A stretch of 64,000 nt of DNA from Balanoglossus misakiensis (lineage: Eukaryota > Animalia > Hemichordata). Positions within the stretch are counted from its first letter, which is position 1, and each line of letters begins with the position of its first letter. The notes beneath the pieces are model-generated. The model was not told where the DNA came from, did not search any database, and saw only the letters and a list, made by a program, of their open reading frames with translations. The DNA lies in contig CM082576.2 in the NCBI GenBank assembly GCA_040954595.2, positions 18,957,028-19,021,027 of the forward strand. The letters run 5' to 3'. The position numbers were made by a program, and so were the translations under genes. Of this stretch, positions 38,710 through 51,082 are shown piece after piece.

Positions 38710-40073
38710 AAAAATCTGTGTCAAGTGGTGATACAAAAGAGGTTGCCATAGTGAAACCTACAACCATAGTAACCACTTCAGTGTCTACAACCACTACCAC
38801 AACACAGCCACTGAAACCTGCAAACAGTTACCATGGTTACAAGGGCCTAGCTCTGGTATGACTTCAAATCCTCTCAAATCAACTGTTGGAAGTTCATCTT
38901 TAGGTAAAGTCTCCAGTGTTGCTTCCCAGCCATTGTCAAATTAAGTCCACACACAATTAGACCACCAAGTGTAGTGTGAGATATAGTAGAATTATTAAGA
39001 GTATTGCCGTGTTGATCTTCAGTACAATATGAGTTAAAGTTATATAGCACTTTGTGATCAGAAATTGACTCAACCAAGTCAACCCCAGATGCAGGGCCAA
39101 GGTAGAGGATATTGGTGCAGTTAGTGAAATATGAGAATGCAAAATTTAAGTGTAGCGTAACAGCTGTCTCCTTTGATATGCGAACATTTCCTGTCACAGA
39201 AAATTCCCGTTTTACAGTATATAAATATATCAACTAGATATTTTTACTGCAGGTGCCACACCAAGTCATCTGTCACCTGGACAACCAAGTCAAATTGGAA
39301 GTCCGTCTCCACAACATCTGTCATCCTCTCAACAGAAACTGAGTCAGTCCCAGATGCAGGGCCAAGGTCAAAGGTCATCAATGCCTTTTGCCCAGCCTAC
39401 CAGTTTACCAAACCAACCAGTATCCACTGTCACAGCAAACAGGACACAACAACCCAATGTGACTGTTTCAAGTATCCCCATGAGACAATTTTGTCCACCC
39501 AGGTACAGTTGTGGTCTACCTTCTACTTTATGAGATTCAAATTAGCTGTTTCTAGTTACCCATCCTGTGAATTGAAAGCTTTTTATGACTGTTTCACATA
39601 GCCTTGTGTTACCATTTTCTATACAGTAAACTATTGTTTCAAAACACATTCAAAACTTCTGTTTTGGTTGCTAGAAACCCACTCTGTGAATGCAAAGACT
39701 CTTTTGGATAATGCCAGAGACTCAGTGATCAATTTCAATTTTTAATGAGATGTGTGTTGAAAATAGGACTTTGAGAGTTGCAAGCTCAACATCGAATCAA
39801 AAATTGAAGTCATAAATTTAAAATGGGGTTTTGAATACTGGCCTTGATAATGCTTCATATTAACTAGGTTTGTTACTCTTTTTGGACAGGCAACTTCACC
39901 ACCAAAGATGACTTCCCAGCATGCACCAGCTGCTGCACTGAAAGCCACAGAGGGTGTCATGCAAATGGTAAATGCTAGTCAGTTCAGTAAGATGCCACCA
40001 ATTGCTGCTGTGAATTCTATCAACTCACAGCCAGAGCAGAGATGGCCAGGTACAGATTCACAGCCACAAAGAG
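38710..40073 (+). pseudogene. MED25: MED25-like low-complexity exons, copy 1 (38710-~38903, 39253-39502, 39890-40073)
   Basis: S/T- and Q/P-rich AG/GT-bounded exons collinear after the VWA exons, with indels relative to copy 2. Confidence 0.6.
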
Positions 40074-41669
40074 GTAGGTACAGTCAAACCTGTCTATACT
40101 GGCCAGTCAAGGGACTTCCAAAACTGACATTTATAGACAGGTGGCTTCTATAGACAGGTCAATAAATGTGCAATGTACATGTACATGAAATGAAACAAAG
40201 TTGCCACTACATAGAGGTTGCAACAAACACATAGTTGACTGTCATATATGTTATGTTGCCATGGCAGTCATTTACCATGAGTTCGATTATACATTGCCAA
40301 AACCGGAGGAAAAAATATTCAAGTTCCCCTTTTCATATTCTCCATCAATGGTATAATACGCCAGTGTCATGACCACACACAACTTCCACCCTGCTTGTAG
40401 CCACGAGAGTGAAAAAACCTCACCAATATGAACAATCGGTCTCTATCATTTATTCATTTTGGGCGAGTTCTTATGCTCATATCATTCAAGCGGGATGGAA
40501 ATTGTGTATGGTTGAACATTCATTCACTACATATACATATGTACATTAATATAAAATGTCTCTTGTATCAAACATAATGGAAAAAAGGGCAGCAAGAGAG
40601 AGACTTTGTCCCTTTAATAGAAATGTGCATGTAATATTTTATTCAAACCATCACTTCTGTCTTGAACAATCTTTCCTTAATAGAGTGGTGTACTGATTAG
40701 AGAGATGTCTTATTGACAGGTTTCACTGTATTACCAACATTTTCAGTTCCATAATCCTTCAGTGTTTGCCAGAGAATTTGACAGCAGTCAAAAACTTTCT
40801 CTGCCATACTCACAATAAGAGAAAGCTTGCACCTGTGTTTTACTGTTAAATTACCATACCACAAAAAAACAGGTTGTTTTTGCGAGCAATAAATTTTTCG
40901 CAAAATATGCGAGAATCAACAAACGTGAAAATAAAAAGTCGCGTAAAATGTTTTTCGGAGATAAAGATGCAATGAAATACGAGAATGTGAAAATTAATCC
41001 TCGCGTAACAGTTTGGTCTTTTAATGTCGCGAAAAATTTCCTTTCATGAAAATAATCTGTTTTACAGTCCGGTAATATTGAAGGTCAGAATGCTTTTGAT
41101 GAGAGAACAATACACCAGTTGCAAAGTATCTTGACAAACATGAAATGATTGAATTCTCCGAAGAAGATATAATCTCGCAGTTGGTGTGTTGTTTCCTCAT
41201 CAAAAGCATTCTGACCTTCAATATTATTCTGTTGAGCTATACATGCAATCTAGTCTATATATGTTCAGAGGTGATTATATCATCCATAATAGATCCTAAA
41301 TACTAAAAGAGCATAAAATGACTGCGACAGATACTTTGTAAGTTGTAACAGGTGGGAAATAAGAATTTGGATAACACAGTATTTTGGCTATTGTTGGGGA
41401 GCATGAATAAGTGATTTTGGAACCCCATGTAACACCTGTCTTACCATTAATATGACTGCATTGATGGTACCATGAGGAATGCTAGTAAAATGACTGGGGA
41501 ACCCTGGTTACATTACCCTGATCATCACTATGGTTCAGTCCAAAAGCATTGTTTTCTATGTTAAGGTTGGACCTCTGAAGAGGAAATTGGGGTGGAAGGG
41601 TAAGAAAAAACACTGACTGACAATACTGCCAATAACGAAATATTGTTTTTCTCTTCTCTTTGCATACAG

Positions 41670-44600
41670 CACACAAGAACAGAAACCTTGTATATTGATC
41701 TGCAACTCTCCTCCACATCCCTTGCCAAGTGAAGATAGTATTAATTACAGTGGATTTACTGCAGATCAATTGACTGCCATGTTGGGTAAGGTAAGCGATG
41801 TAAAACATTTCATACAACACTGCCTACTAACAATAGTCATATCAATCTAACAAGGGAAGATGAAAACAAAAACATCTTTTCAAACTAGCTTACTGTGCGG
41901 ACCAATTTCATTAAGCCCCATTTAACAGGAATTCTGGTTTTATAATTAACTTTGATTGATTGACATGTGCTTTACATCTAAATGCATCGCTTTGGGAACA
42001 TTTTCTAGTATGTATGAGATTATTAAATTGAACTTGTATATTTGCTGAGGGCAACTAAATTTTCAGTAAAGATGAGGAATGCTCAATGTTTTGATTGTCT
42101 TCAAAATGATGACAACAACTCAAGTCTCAAAAACTCTTTGTTTTGAATTTTGAATTGTTTTTGTTGCATCAGTAACGACTTCACATGTGGATGCCACATT
42201 TGATTCTTAGCAAATGTTGTATTTTGACAGAGAGGAGTCCATTCCTCAATCATATCACCCCGCAAACGGCCTGAACTCCAAAAACTTAGCGACAAAGCGT
42301 GAAATACAGATGGTACCTATGAAGGATTATGCGGCTGATCCACACCACATGATACTTCTCAAAGGTTATCAACTTGCTGGTAGGTATATGTTGCTATGCA
42401 AATATTTGCAATCATACCATCCAGATTCTAAAGTTCACAGGTCAAATATATAACTTGTTTACGTGGCCATTTACAACCAATTCATCATTTTGTGGTTTGT
42501 TAAGATTTTCATTACTCTAAATTGGTACTTCCATAAAATGGTTGTAATATTTATTACACATCACGTATTGTTATGCGCTCCTGGTTGGCTAATACTAAAT
42601 ATGACAGAACTTCATGACCTCTGCACACGATCTGAGGCTTATGGAAGTTATTGTCGCGAGTGATGCAGTGTATTCTGTTGCAGTACTTTCACAAGCCAGC
42701 CTATTATTTCCCATCATGTCAATGCCTGGCCAATTAATTACACATCCTCCTGAAAATTGTTGGTAGGTGGGCAATCAATTTCCTTGGTTACATCCTGGAT
42801 GAAACACTGGTACAGGTTCAAGGCAAGTTTAGTGACATTGTGTGATTCCACATCAGAATTTCACATCAACTGTATAATCCTCCAATTTTGTGTTTCAGAA
42901 AAATTGGTGTCCAGTGGTGATACAAAAGAGGTTGCCATAGACAAACCTACAACCATAGCAACCACTTCAGTGTCTACAACCACTACCACAACACAGCCAC
43001 TGAAACCCGCATCAACAGTTACCATGTTTACAGCATCTACCTCCAGTATGACCTCAAATCCTCTCAAATCAAATGTTAGTCTCGGTTACCCAGATGCCTT
43101 TGCTTCTTCCGATGCTCTCCAGAAAAGGGTCTGGGGAAATGCTATTGAAAGCTTTGTAAAACAAAATGGCCGATGTCAGGATTTTGATCATCGCCTGATT
43201 GGCTGAGCTGTCAGTATGACCCGGGTCACTGGCTCTCAACAATGTGTGATTTTTTGTCGTCTCTTCATATCAAGAGACCGGTACTTGTTGGTTGATGCGA
43301 AAGGCAAAAGGCGTCCTCTGTTAGCATTGTTGGAGAAATTATACGAAATATCTTTGGTAGACGATTGTCGAAACTATTGCGGTGACCCGGGTCATACTGA
43401 CAGCTCAGCCAATCAGGCGATGATCAAAATCCTGACATCGGCCATTTTGTTTTACAAAGCTTTCAATAGCATTTCCCCAATTTCCCCAGACTCTTTTCTG
43501 GAGAGCATCAGAAGAAGCAAAGGCGTCTGGGTAACCGAGACAAATCAACTGTTGGAAGTTCATCCCCAGGTAAAGTCTCCAGTGTTGCTTCCCAGCCATT
43601 GTCAATTTAAGTCCGCACATAATTAGACCACCAAGTGAAGTGTGAGATATAGTAGAATATTGCCATGTTGATCTTCACTACAAGTTAGTTAAAGTTATAT
43701 AGCACTCTGTGATCAACGAGTTGAAAATACAGCATGAGTTTTCGGGGACATGTAGTCCCCTTCATCAGATGCACACGTGGAATGAACAGAGAAACAGAGA
43801 ATCATGGGGTATTCAAAGTAGGAAATATGTGCAGGACCAGGTGCATCAGAAATTTTTCCTGCAGTGGATTTTCTATCTGAGGATGGTGACTTCATGACCG
43901 AAATTTTGTGTCCGTGAGCAAGGCACTTTACTTCTCATTGCTCTGAGGAGACTCATGGCTTTGTGTAGGTGATTTGCACCTTTTCTAGTCTTTCTACTAG
44001 ACATATTTTCTGTGTTTGTGATAGATGAATTACTGTCTTACAGGAAATTTTTGTGAACTTCGTGAGAACCAAAAAATGCGAATTAAAAAGTCATGTAAAA
44101 ATATTTTTCAGGGATATTGGTGCAGTTAGTGAAATATGAGAATGCGAAATTTAATTGTAGAATAACAGCTGTCTCTTAGGATTATGCGAACATTTCCTGT
44201 CACAGAAATTTTCTGTTTTACAGTATATAAATAAATCAAGTAGATCTTTTTACTGCAGATGCTACACCAACAATTCATCTGTTACCTGGACGACCAAGTC
44301 AAATTTGAAGTCAGTCTCCACAACAACTATCGTCCTCTCAACAGAAACTGATTCAACCAAGTCAGCCCCAGATGCAGGGCCAAGGTCAAAGGTCATCAAT
44401 GCCTTTTTCCCAGCCTACCAGTTTACCAAACCAACCAGTATCCACTGTCACAGCAAACAGGACTCAACAACCCAATGTGACTGTTTCAAGTATCCCCATG
44501 AGACAATTTTGTCCACCCAGGTACAGTTGTGGTCTACCTTCTACTTTTTGATATTCAAATTAGCTGTTTCTAGTTACCCATCCTGTGAATTGAAAGCTTT

Positions 44601-45139
44601 TTATGACTGTATCGCATAGCCTTGTCTTACCAGTGTCTATACAGTAGACTATTTATTTTCAAAACACATTCAAAACTTCTGTTTTGGTTGCAAAAAAGCC
44701 ACTCTGTAAATGGAAAGACTCTTTGGATAATGCCACAGACTCATTAATCAAATTCAATTTTTAATGTGATTAATGTTGATAAGCCCTAAAACCTGATCCC
44801 TTCCAAATGTGAGTATGTGTGTTGAAAATGGGACTTTGAGAGTTGTAAGCTCAACATCGATTCAAAAATTGAAGTCATGAAGTAAAAAATGTGGTTTTGA
44901 ATACTGGCCTTGATAATGCTTCATATTAACTAGGTTTGTTACCCTTTTTGGACAGGCAACTTCACCACCAAAGATGACTTCTCAGCATGTGCCAGCTGCT
45001 GCACTGAAAGCCACAGAGGGTGTCATGCAAATGGCAAATGCTAGTCAGTTCAGTAAGATGCCACAAATTGCTGCTGTGAATTCTATCAACTCACAGCCAC
45101 AGCAGAGATGGCCAGGTACAGATTCAAAGCCACAACGAG
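41670..45139 (+). pseudogene. MED25: MED25-like exons, copy 2 (41670-41790, 42231-42379, ~42899-43569 interrupted, 44259-44520, 44956-45139)
   Basis: Paralogous to the copy-1 exons. The first exon is open (CILICNSPPHPLP), the second has a 5-bp deletion, and the third is disrupted by a MITE. Confidence 0.8.
43077..43543. mobile_element. Academ (AcademH-like) non-autonomous element inserted in an exon
   Basis: ~150-bp TIRs starting TAGTCTCGGTTACCCAGA. 9-bp TSD ATCAAATGT/ATCAACTGT. Empty site near 38878-38886. Confidence 0.7.
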
Positions 45140-45620
45140 GTAGGTACAGTCAAACCTGTCTACAGTGGCCAGTCAAGGGACTTTCCTAAACTGGCATTTA
45201 TAGACAGGTGGCTTCTATAGATAGGTCAGTTAATGTGCAATGTACATGTACATGAAATGAAACAAAGTTGCCACTATAATAGAGGTGGCCACAAACACAG
45301 ATTTGACTGTCATATATGTTATGTTGCCATGGCAGTCATTTACCATTAGTTTGAATATACTTTGCCAAAACCTGAGGAAAAAATATTCAAGTTCCCCTTT
45401 TCGTATTCCCCTATCAATGGTATAATACAACAGTGTCATGGTAAAATTTTGTGACATTTTTGCTAACTGCTAAAGCCCAAGTAACATTGTTTTTTTCAGT
45501 ATTTTTCAGCGAAGGAATTAACCCTAGTTTCTTGTTCTGCTATGGATAGCTTTATGAAATGTTCAGTCTTTAGCTTCTATACAAAACATGTACATGAGTA
45601 ATGGCCATTGTGAATATTAA

Positions 45621-46815
45621 CCCTTACGCTGTCGAGTCCGTAGCAGAGCGCCCGATTTCCGGTGTGGGTAGAAGTCGAACGTTGGCGAGTGATGAATGAC
45701 CTAATCGGTATGGATCGATATGATTCACCGACCCGCTGGAGTCTCTAGGCGTTTGCGTGCCCTTCGCTATAACGGGTTGACTTTGAACTACCGTTTTGAG
45801 GGCAATATCTGTTAGGACAGGAAAGTCTCGACAGGGTTCTTTGCCTTGAACTACAAAGAGCACACTATCCTAAGAGGCACATTCCGCCGGTCATTCCCGA
45901 CCCTGTGGAGACCGTTTTTTTGCGTCCGTCAAAACGTACTTGGCATCGATGCATTGTTTACTATAACAGACGGTTCCACAACGACATAGGGTATCGACCT
46001 TTTCGATGGCCAGCGGTGTCGGATGCACTCGTGGGTAGCACTGTTTGGGAAAGTGCGTTTTGGGATCGACTCGGGAAACATGACGAAATGGTGCAATGGG
46101 GCCCGCAGAGCTTGCGGGATACCTATGACTGTGTCGGTACAACCCTGTGCCGTAAAAAATTTATAGCGTATTAACACCGTACTGAACGTCAGTTTGCCGT
46201 GCGTAAGTAACCAACGTGTCGTTATCACAACGTCCGTGTGTGTCTCGTCTGAAGAAATGAGTCGTTATCACAACGTCCGTGTGTGTCTGGTCTGAAGAAA
46301 TGAGTCGTTGTCGGGCGGCTGTAGAGTGGGACACTGTGCGCCAGTGTCTAGTCGTTCGCATTACGTGTCGAACTAACTCGTACCCTACGGGAAAGTGGCA
46401 GGGGAAGGTGTGCCCGAACACCCCTGGCGGTACACCCTGGGTCCCCTACTGACAACTAATGGTGTCGTCGTTGTGACGTGATATGGCGTGTGCTAACACA
46501 CTAACTTTATTTTCGTAAAAGTAAGCCTCGAAATGACGTTGACAGACGCTCCCCTCCCAGGGGAACGAACCCGATGACCCCACAACTTTTACCCGGTTAA
46601 TTGTTGTTTGAGGTCCTGCCAACACGGGACTGTGCCAAACTTGAAGTCTAGCACGTTCAAAAGCAGCTAAAATGACCCTCCAAAAACCCGATTTTCAGGC
46701 AAAAAGCCTGGTAATCCAGCGGGTGTAGAATGCCGGATTCTACATACACCGAAAAGGAGGCGGTCTCGTAACGACTCGGCAGCCCAACGGGTTATGACCC
46801 CCGGTAGCAAGAGGG
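45621..46815. mobile_element. Non-autonomous piggyBac-type element (~1.2 kb)
   Basis: TTAA|CCCTTACGCTG...AGCAAGAGGG|TTAA. Higher GC and CpG than the flanks, with an internal 43-bp tandem repeat at 46218-46303. Confidence 0.7.
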
Positions 46816-47007
46816 TTAAATGAACTCAGACGAGAATTCATTTTTCAACAATAACAATGCTGATCAATATATAAAACGCCTTTGTTTGAAAACCAAACTC
46901 TGAATAAATTCTTAATGTTTTACAGAGTAGAATAAAGTCTTACAGCTGATATCCAAAGTTAACATTGAAGTTATTGACGTTTTAATACTACTGTGTTTAC
47001 TTATCAG

Positions 47008-47159
47008 CAGGTATGCAGTCAACGATGCGAACAGGAGTGCAGTCAACACAACCGACAGTACCTAATGTGAGCGACAGCAAAAATCCACCTGTCACCACTG
47101 GCACCAATGTTATTCCAACTCTGACACAGCCACAAGTACATGTACAAAACCAGTCATTG
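47008..47159 (+). pseudogene. Probable next MED25-like Q/T/P-rich exon
   Basis: AG/GT-bounded open exon GMQSTMRTGVQSTQPTVPNVSDSKNPPVTTGTNVIPTLTQPQVHVQNQSL, collinear with the preceding exons. Confidence 0.5.
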
Positions 47160-47550
47160 GTATGTTATGTTATGAGCTGAGTTATAATACCCACCTATCC
47201 CTTTTGCCTGGCAAGTGACAGTTTATCACTTTTCAGTATTTCAATGGAACTGTATTTGGATAATTTGTTACCTAACATGACATCAGAAGATGGCAGCTTG
47301 ATGTCTTAACTGAGGACATTGGATGACCAGTAGATAAAGATTTTCTTTGATATCAATGACATCAGACGCAGTTCCGTTGGCATTCAAATTTCCAGCTGAC
47401 GGGGAATTTCAGCAACGTGGTGCAAATGACGACTGTGCAGATGAATACCAAGATGCTGTTGAGGCACCATGCCTGATACATATTACCTGTCTGGTGGTAC
47501 TAAAGTATAAACACATCCGGAAAAAAATATTTTACGGGATACCAATTGAG

Positions 47551-48198
47551 ACTAATAGAATCTCACATTCCCAAGGACCTGTGATCATATTTCTCACATG
47601 AGTTGGGGATTTTTGTCCCACACGAGCCGCAGGCGAGTGTGGGACAAAAAATCCCCAACGAGTGTGAGAAATACGATCCCAGGTCCTTGGTGTGTGAGAT
47701 TCTTTTTCTCACACGACCAGAAATTTGCAATATTAACGTTTATTTACAATAAAAGGACTAAATCTATAAAATACCAACTGATAACTGCATGACCAGTCAT
47801 ATATTGATCCGCCCCTCAAAATATAGTCCCCATTTCATCACGAGTTTACAGTACACACATGCTATAAAAATGTGCTCAACACATTTTAATATGGAGATTG
47901 TTTCCAGTGGTATAAATTCAAGCGATATCTAGAAAATACAACCGTGTTTTTTAGTCTGTCGCCAACCACGTACACCACTGTCGTCTGCACATGACCTGAT
48001 CACATTGTAGTTCAGGTTTGTGTACAACACATCACACAATTGGATAATATTTGTTCGTTCTGAGGGGTATGAATATCATTATCCAATCAGAGCTCGTGTC
48101 AGATAACAGTTGTCTGTGTGCGCATTAACACAGAGTGTGGGATCAATTTGATCCCACACTCTCTATCCCACACTCCCAGCGGCCAGGAGTGTGAGAAA
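47551..48198. mobile_element. CTCACAC hairpin element family, copy 2
   Basis: Termini are the reverse complement of those at 20683-21140; the interior differs. Confidence 0.65.
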
Positions 48199-49117
48199 AA
48201 TTATTCCCATCTTGTTATAAATCTGAGCCCAGGTGTCTTTGGTGTGAGATTCCAGTAGTCAAGAGTAGGCTTACCTTGAATAATGTAATGCTCGTAAATA
48301 ATTTATAATTTCTTCTTACCCTCCAGATATGAATGTCACAGTGGTGGAAATGCGTGCCAACACTATTGTCAGAATACCCATGGTAGTTATCTCTGCGCTT
48401 GCAGACCAGGATTCTATCTGCTGGAGGATGGCTATGCATGTGGCGGTATGTAACTGTGGATATTGATCTCTTCTGTGGCTACACTGTTTGGGGATTGTAT
48501 ATTGCTATGGTTACAATCAGCTAAACACACATCCTGTCAGTCCATTGCACACATTTTAAAATTTGAAATCAACCGCACACTCGTACTGAACACATGTTTG
48601 TTGAAATTGTATCTCAGAATTTTTCCATTTATAATTATGCATAATATAAACAAATTAACAAATGTGAAATTTTATCTTTGAAAATTTGTTTGCAAGGGTG
48701 AAAAAGTAATCTGTTTTTTTAAAAATCAGACAAAGTTTTGCTGACAGGGTACACGAGTTTCAGGGGATTTTGTTAAAATGAGAATGATAGAGAGTGTTAA
48801 AATTCTTAGATTCTGAGATTGCCATGGATATTGAGGACTTTGATGTAAAAACAATTAATTGATCAAGAAATATGTGGTTAAGTATATGTGTCATCAACCT
48901 CACACTATACTATAAGACTGTCTGATATATTTATGCACAAGTACAATGTATTTTCACTACTTATATGCATAACTCAATCAAATTAACATAATTTATCGAC
49001 CTATAGCTAAATAAATTACCACAGCAAAGAATAAATATACACTTAGAAAATTCATATAGTTTTCATCTCATTTTAAAGACATTATAAATGCTTCTCCGAG
49101 GGGTACAGTAATTTTTA

Positions 49118-49672
49118 GGGTAAGCCTAATTCAAGATTCACGTTTCAAGATTCACGTTTCACGTTCCACAGCCCAAGATTCATATTCTGATTCAGATTCT
49201 AGTCTTGTCTAATATGTTTATGCTGCCGTAACCAGGGGTGCGTACGATTGTTTATTGTCCTTGATCCCTGCCCAAGCAAGGTTCCCCAAATATTCTGTTC
49301 GATTAACGCGTGACGTCATTGTCGGGTATCTCTTCAAGTTCAGTTTCAACAACATTTTTCAAAGAGAGATGCACCCTATTTATTATTTTCTAACACATGA
49401 ATGACCCTAGGCCTGAGATCGCACCATGGCCGGCAATCTTGGTATTCACAGATACTTTTAAGCGTAATTCTGATATAATTGATAGGTTTAGGTATATTTT
49501 ACAACCAATAACTTAAGCAAAGGACTAATTCCTATATTCTGAATCAAGTGAAAGTAATATTGTAGATGGCGAAAGGACGTGACAAGACTCGAATCTGAAT
49601 CAGAATATGAATCTTGGGCTGTGGAACGTGAAACGTGAAACTTGAAACGTGAATCTTGAATTAGGCTTACCC
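49118..49672. mobile_element. Mutator/MULE-type MITE, copy 1
   Basis: ~90-bp TIRs GGGTAAGCCTAATTCAAGATTCACG..., flanked by the identical 9-bp TSD TAATTTTTA. Confidence 0.8.
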
Positions 49673-50689
49673 TAATTTTTAATGGGTATATTCTTGATAA
49701 CTCATCACCATGAATGATCATTTCAAAACTTAACAAGGCATATGGCTAAAGAGGATTCAGTGTTTGTGCACCTTCTATCTGCTATGCTGGATCTATTGAC
49801 AGTTTTCAAAGGGGTTTAAAGACTCGTCTTTTTATTCAGTACTTTCTATTTCATTCCATTGCTTTTTTGGTTAATAGGGACTGTCTTTCAGAACTCTTTG
49901 GTTTGTTTCGTGTTTTTAAGTGTAATTTATTATCCTTTAAGCTTTCACTTGTTTTCTAATTTTATTATTTTCTGTAGAAAATGCACTGAGATGTATGTGT
50001 ATTATGTTTGTCAGGAAATAAATAATAATAAAATTAAAAATAATAAACTATCTTTGATTTCAGATGTCAATGAATGTATGGAGAGAGCAGATCTTTGTGA
50101 AGGCCAGTGTGTGAATACAGCAGGCTCTTTTTATTGCACTTGTGTTGTGGGATATTGATTGGTCAATGGAGAGTGTACAGGTAAGACCAGCACAATATGT
50201 GGGCAACGAAAGGTCCTGTATCTGTAACTTTTGAATTTTTATTCAATATTATTCTGGGTGTCACCCATCATTTCTTGTTCAGCTCGGTGAAGCTAGGTAA
50301 GCAATGTTGTTATTGTTTAAACATTGTATTCAAGCCTGGGTCTGGACTTGGATGCAATTTGTCAATAATAACAGTGATTGGTAACTGCATGTTTACATAA
50401 CTGGCTAACTGTTAAAGAGACCAGCTGTTCTTTTTGCTGTGTGTACAGTACACATGCTATTGGCAGCTTATGGCTCAGTCAGTGTTTGCCTGTTGATTTC
50501 TCTATGTGTGTGTGTCTGTCTGTCTGTATATGTACTCCGGTGTAGACTTTTTTATTGTGTTATCCCTGAATGGGACCACTGTGTCCTTAACGCGATGTTT
50601 TACACTCAGCAGCGATAGTTTGTCTAACACGAGCCAAAATATCCCCAACTCGTCTGAGAAATCTTATCCCAGGTCCTAAGGTTGTGAGA

Positions 50690-51082
50690 CTAATAGAATC
50701 TCACACTCCCAAGGACTTGGGATCATATTTCTCACATGTGTTGAGGATTTTCTGTCCCAAACAAGCTGCAGGCGAATGTGGGACAAGATATCCCCGACGA
50801 GTGTGAGAAATACGATCCCAGGTCCTTGGTGTGTGAGATTAGTTTTCTCACACGGTCACAAATTAGCCAAATTCGTTAAATAAATGACTCTTGAACTGTC
50901 ATCTGGTACATTGTAGATTCAGTATCGCGTCATTGGATAACATTTAGCACATGTTGTTAAAGAACTCTTTGTCATCCAATCAGCGCTCGCATCATATACA
51001 GCTCTCGATTCAGTGAGAATGTGGGATTGATTTGTTCTCACACTCTGATCCAACACTCTCAGCATGCCAGGAGTGTGAGAAT
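50690..51082. mobile_element. CTCACAC hairpin element family, copy 3
   Basis: Reverse-complement homology to 20780-21140, including the interior. Confidence 0.7.

Larger units (their letters stand above)
40372..45440 (+). repeat. Tandem segmental duplicate of ~24805-40371, lacking that copy's CACTA and Helentron-like insertions
   Basis: 40374 onward aligns with 24806 onward, and 45139-45440 aligns with 40073-40372. Confidence 0.88.

Noticed and set aside
43063-43626. ORFs on both strands sharing the peptide LGYPDAFASSDALQKRVWG
   Set aside because: Caused by the MITE's long inverted repeats.
45621-45628. CCCTTACG start shared with the CACTA TIR at 26836
   Set aside because: Only 8 bp, and the TSDs (TTAA vs TT) and remaining TIR sequence differ; treated as coincidence.
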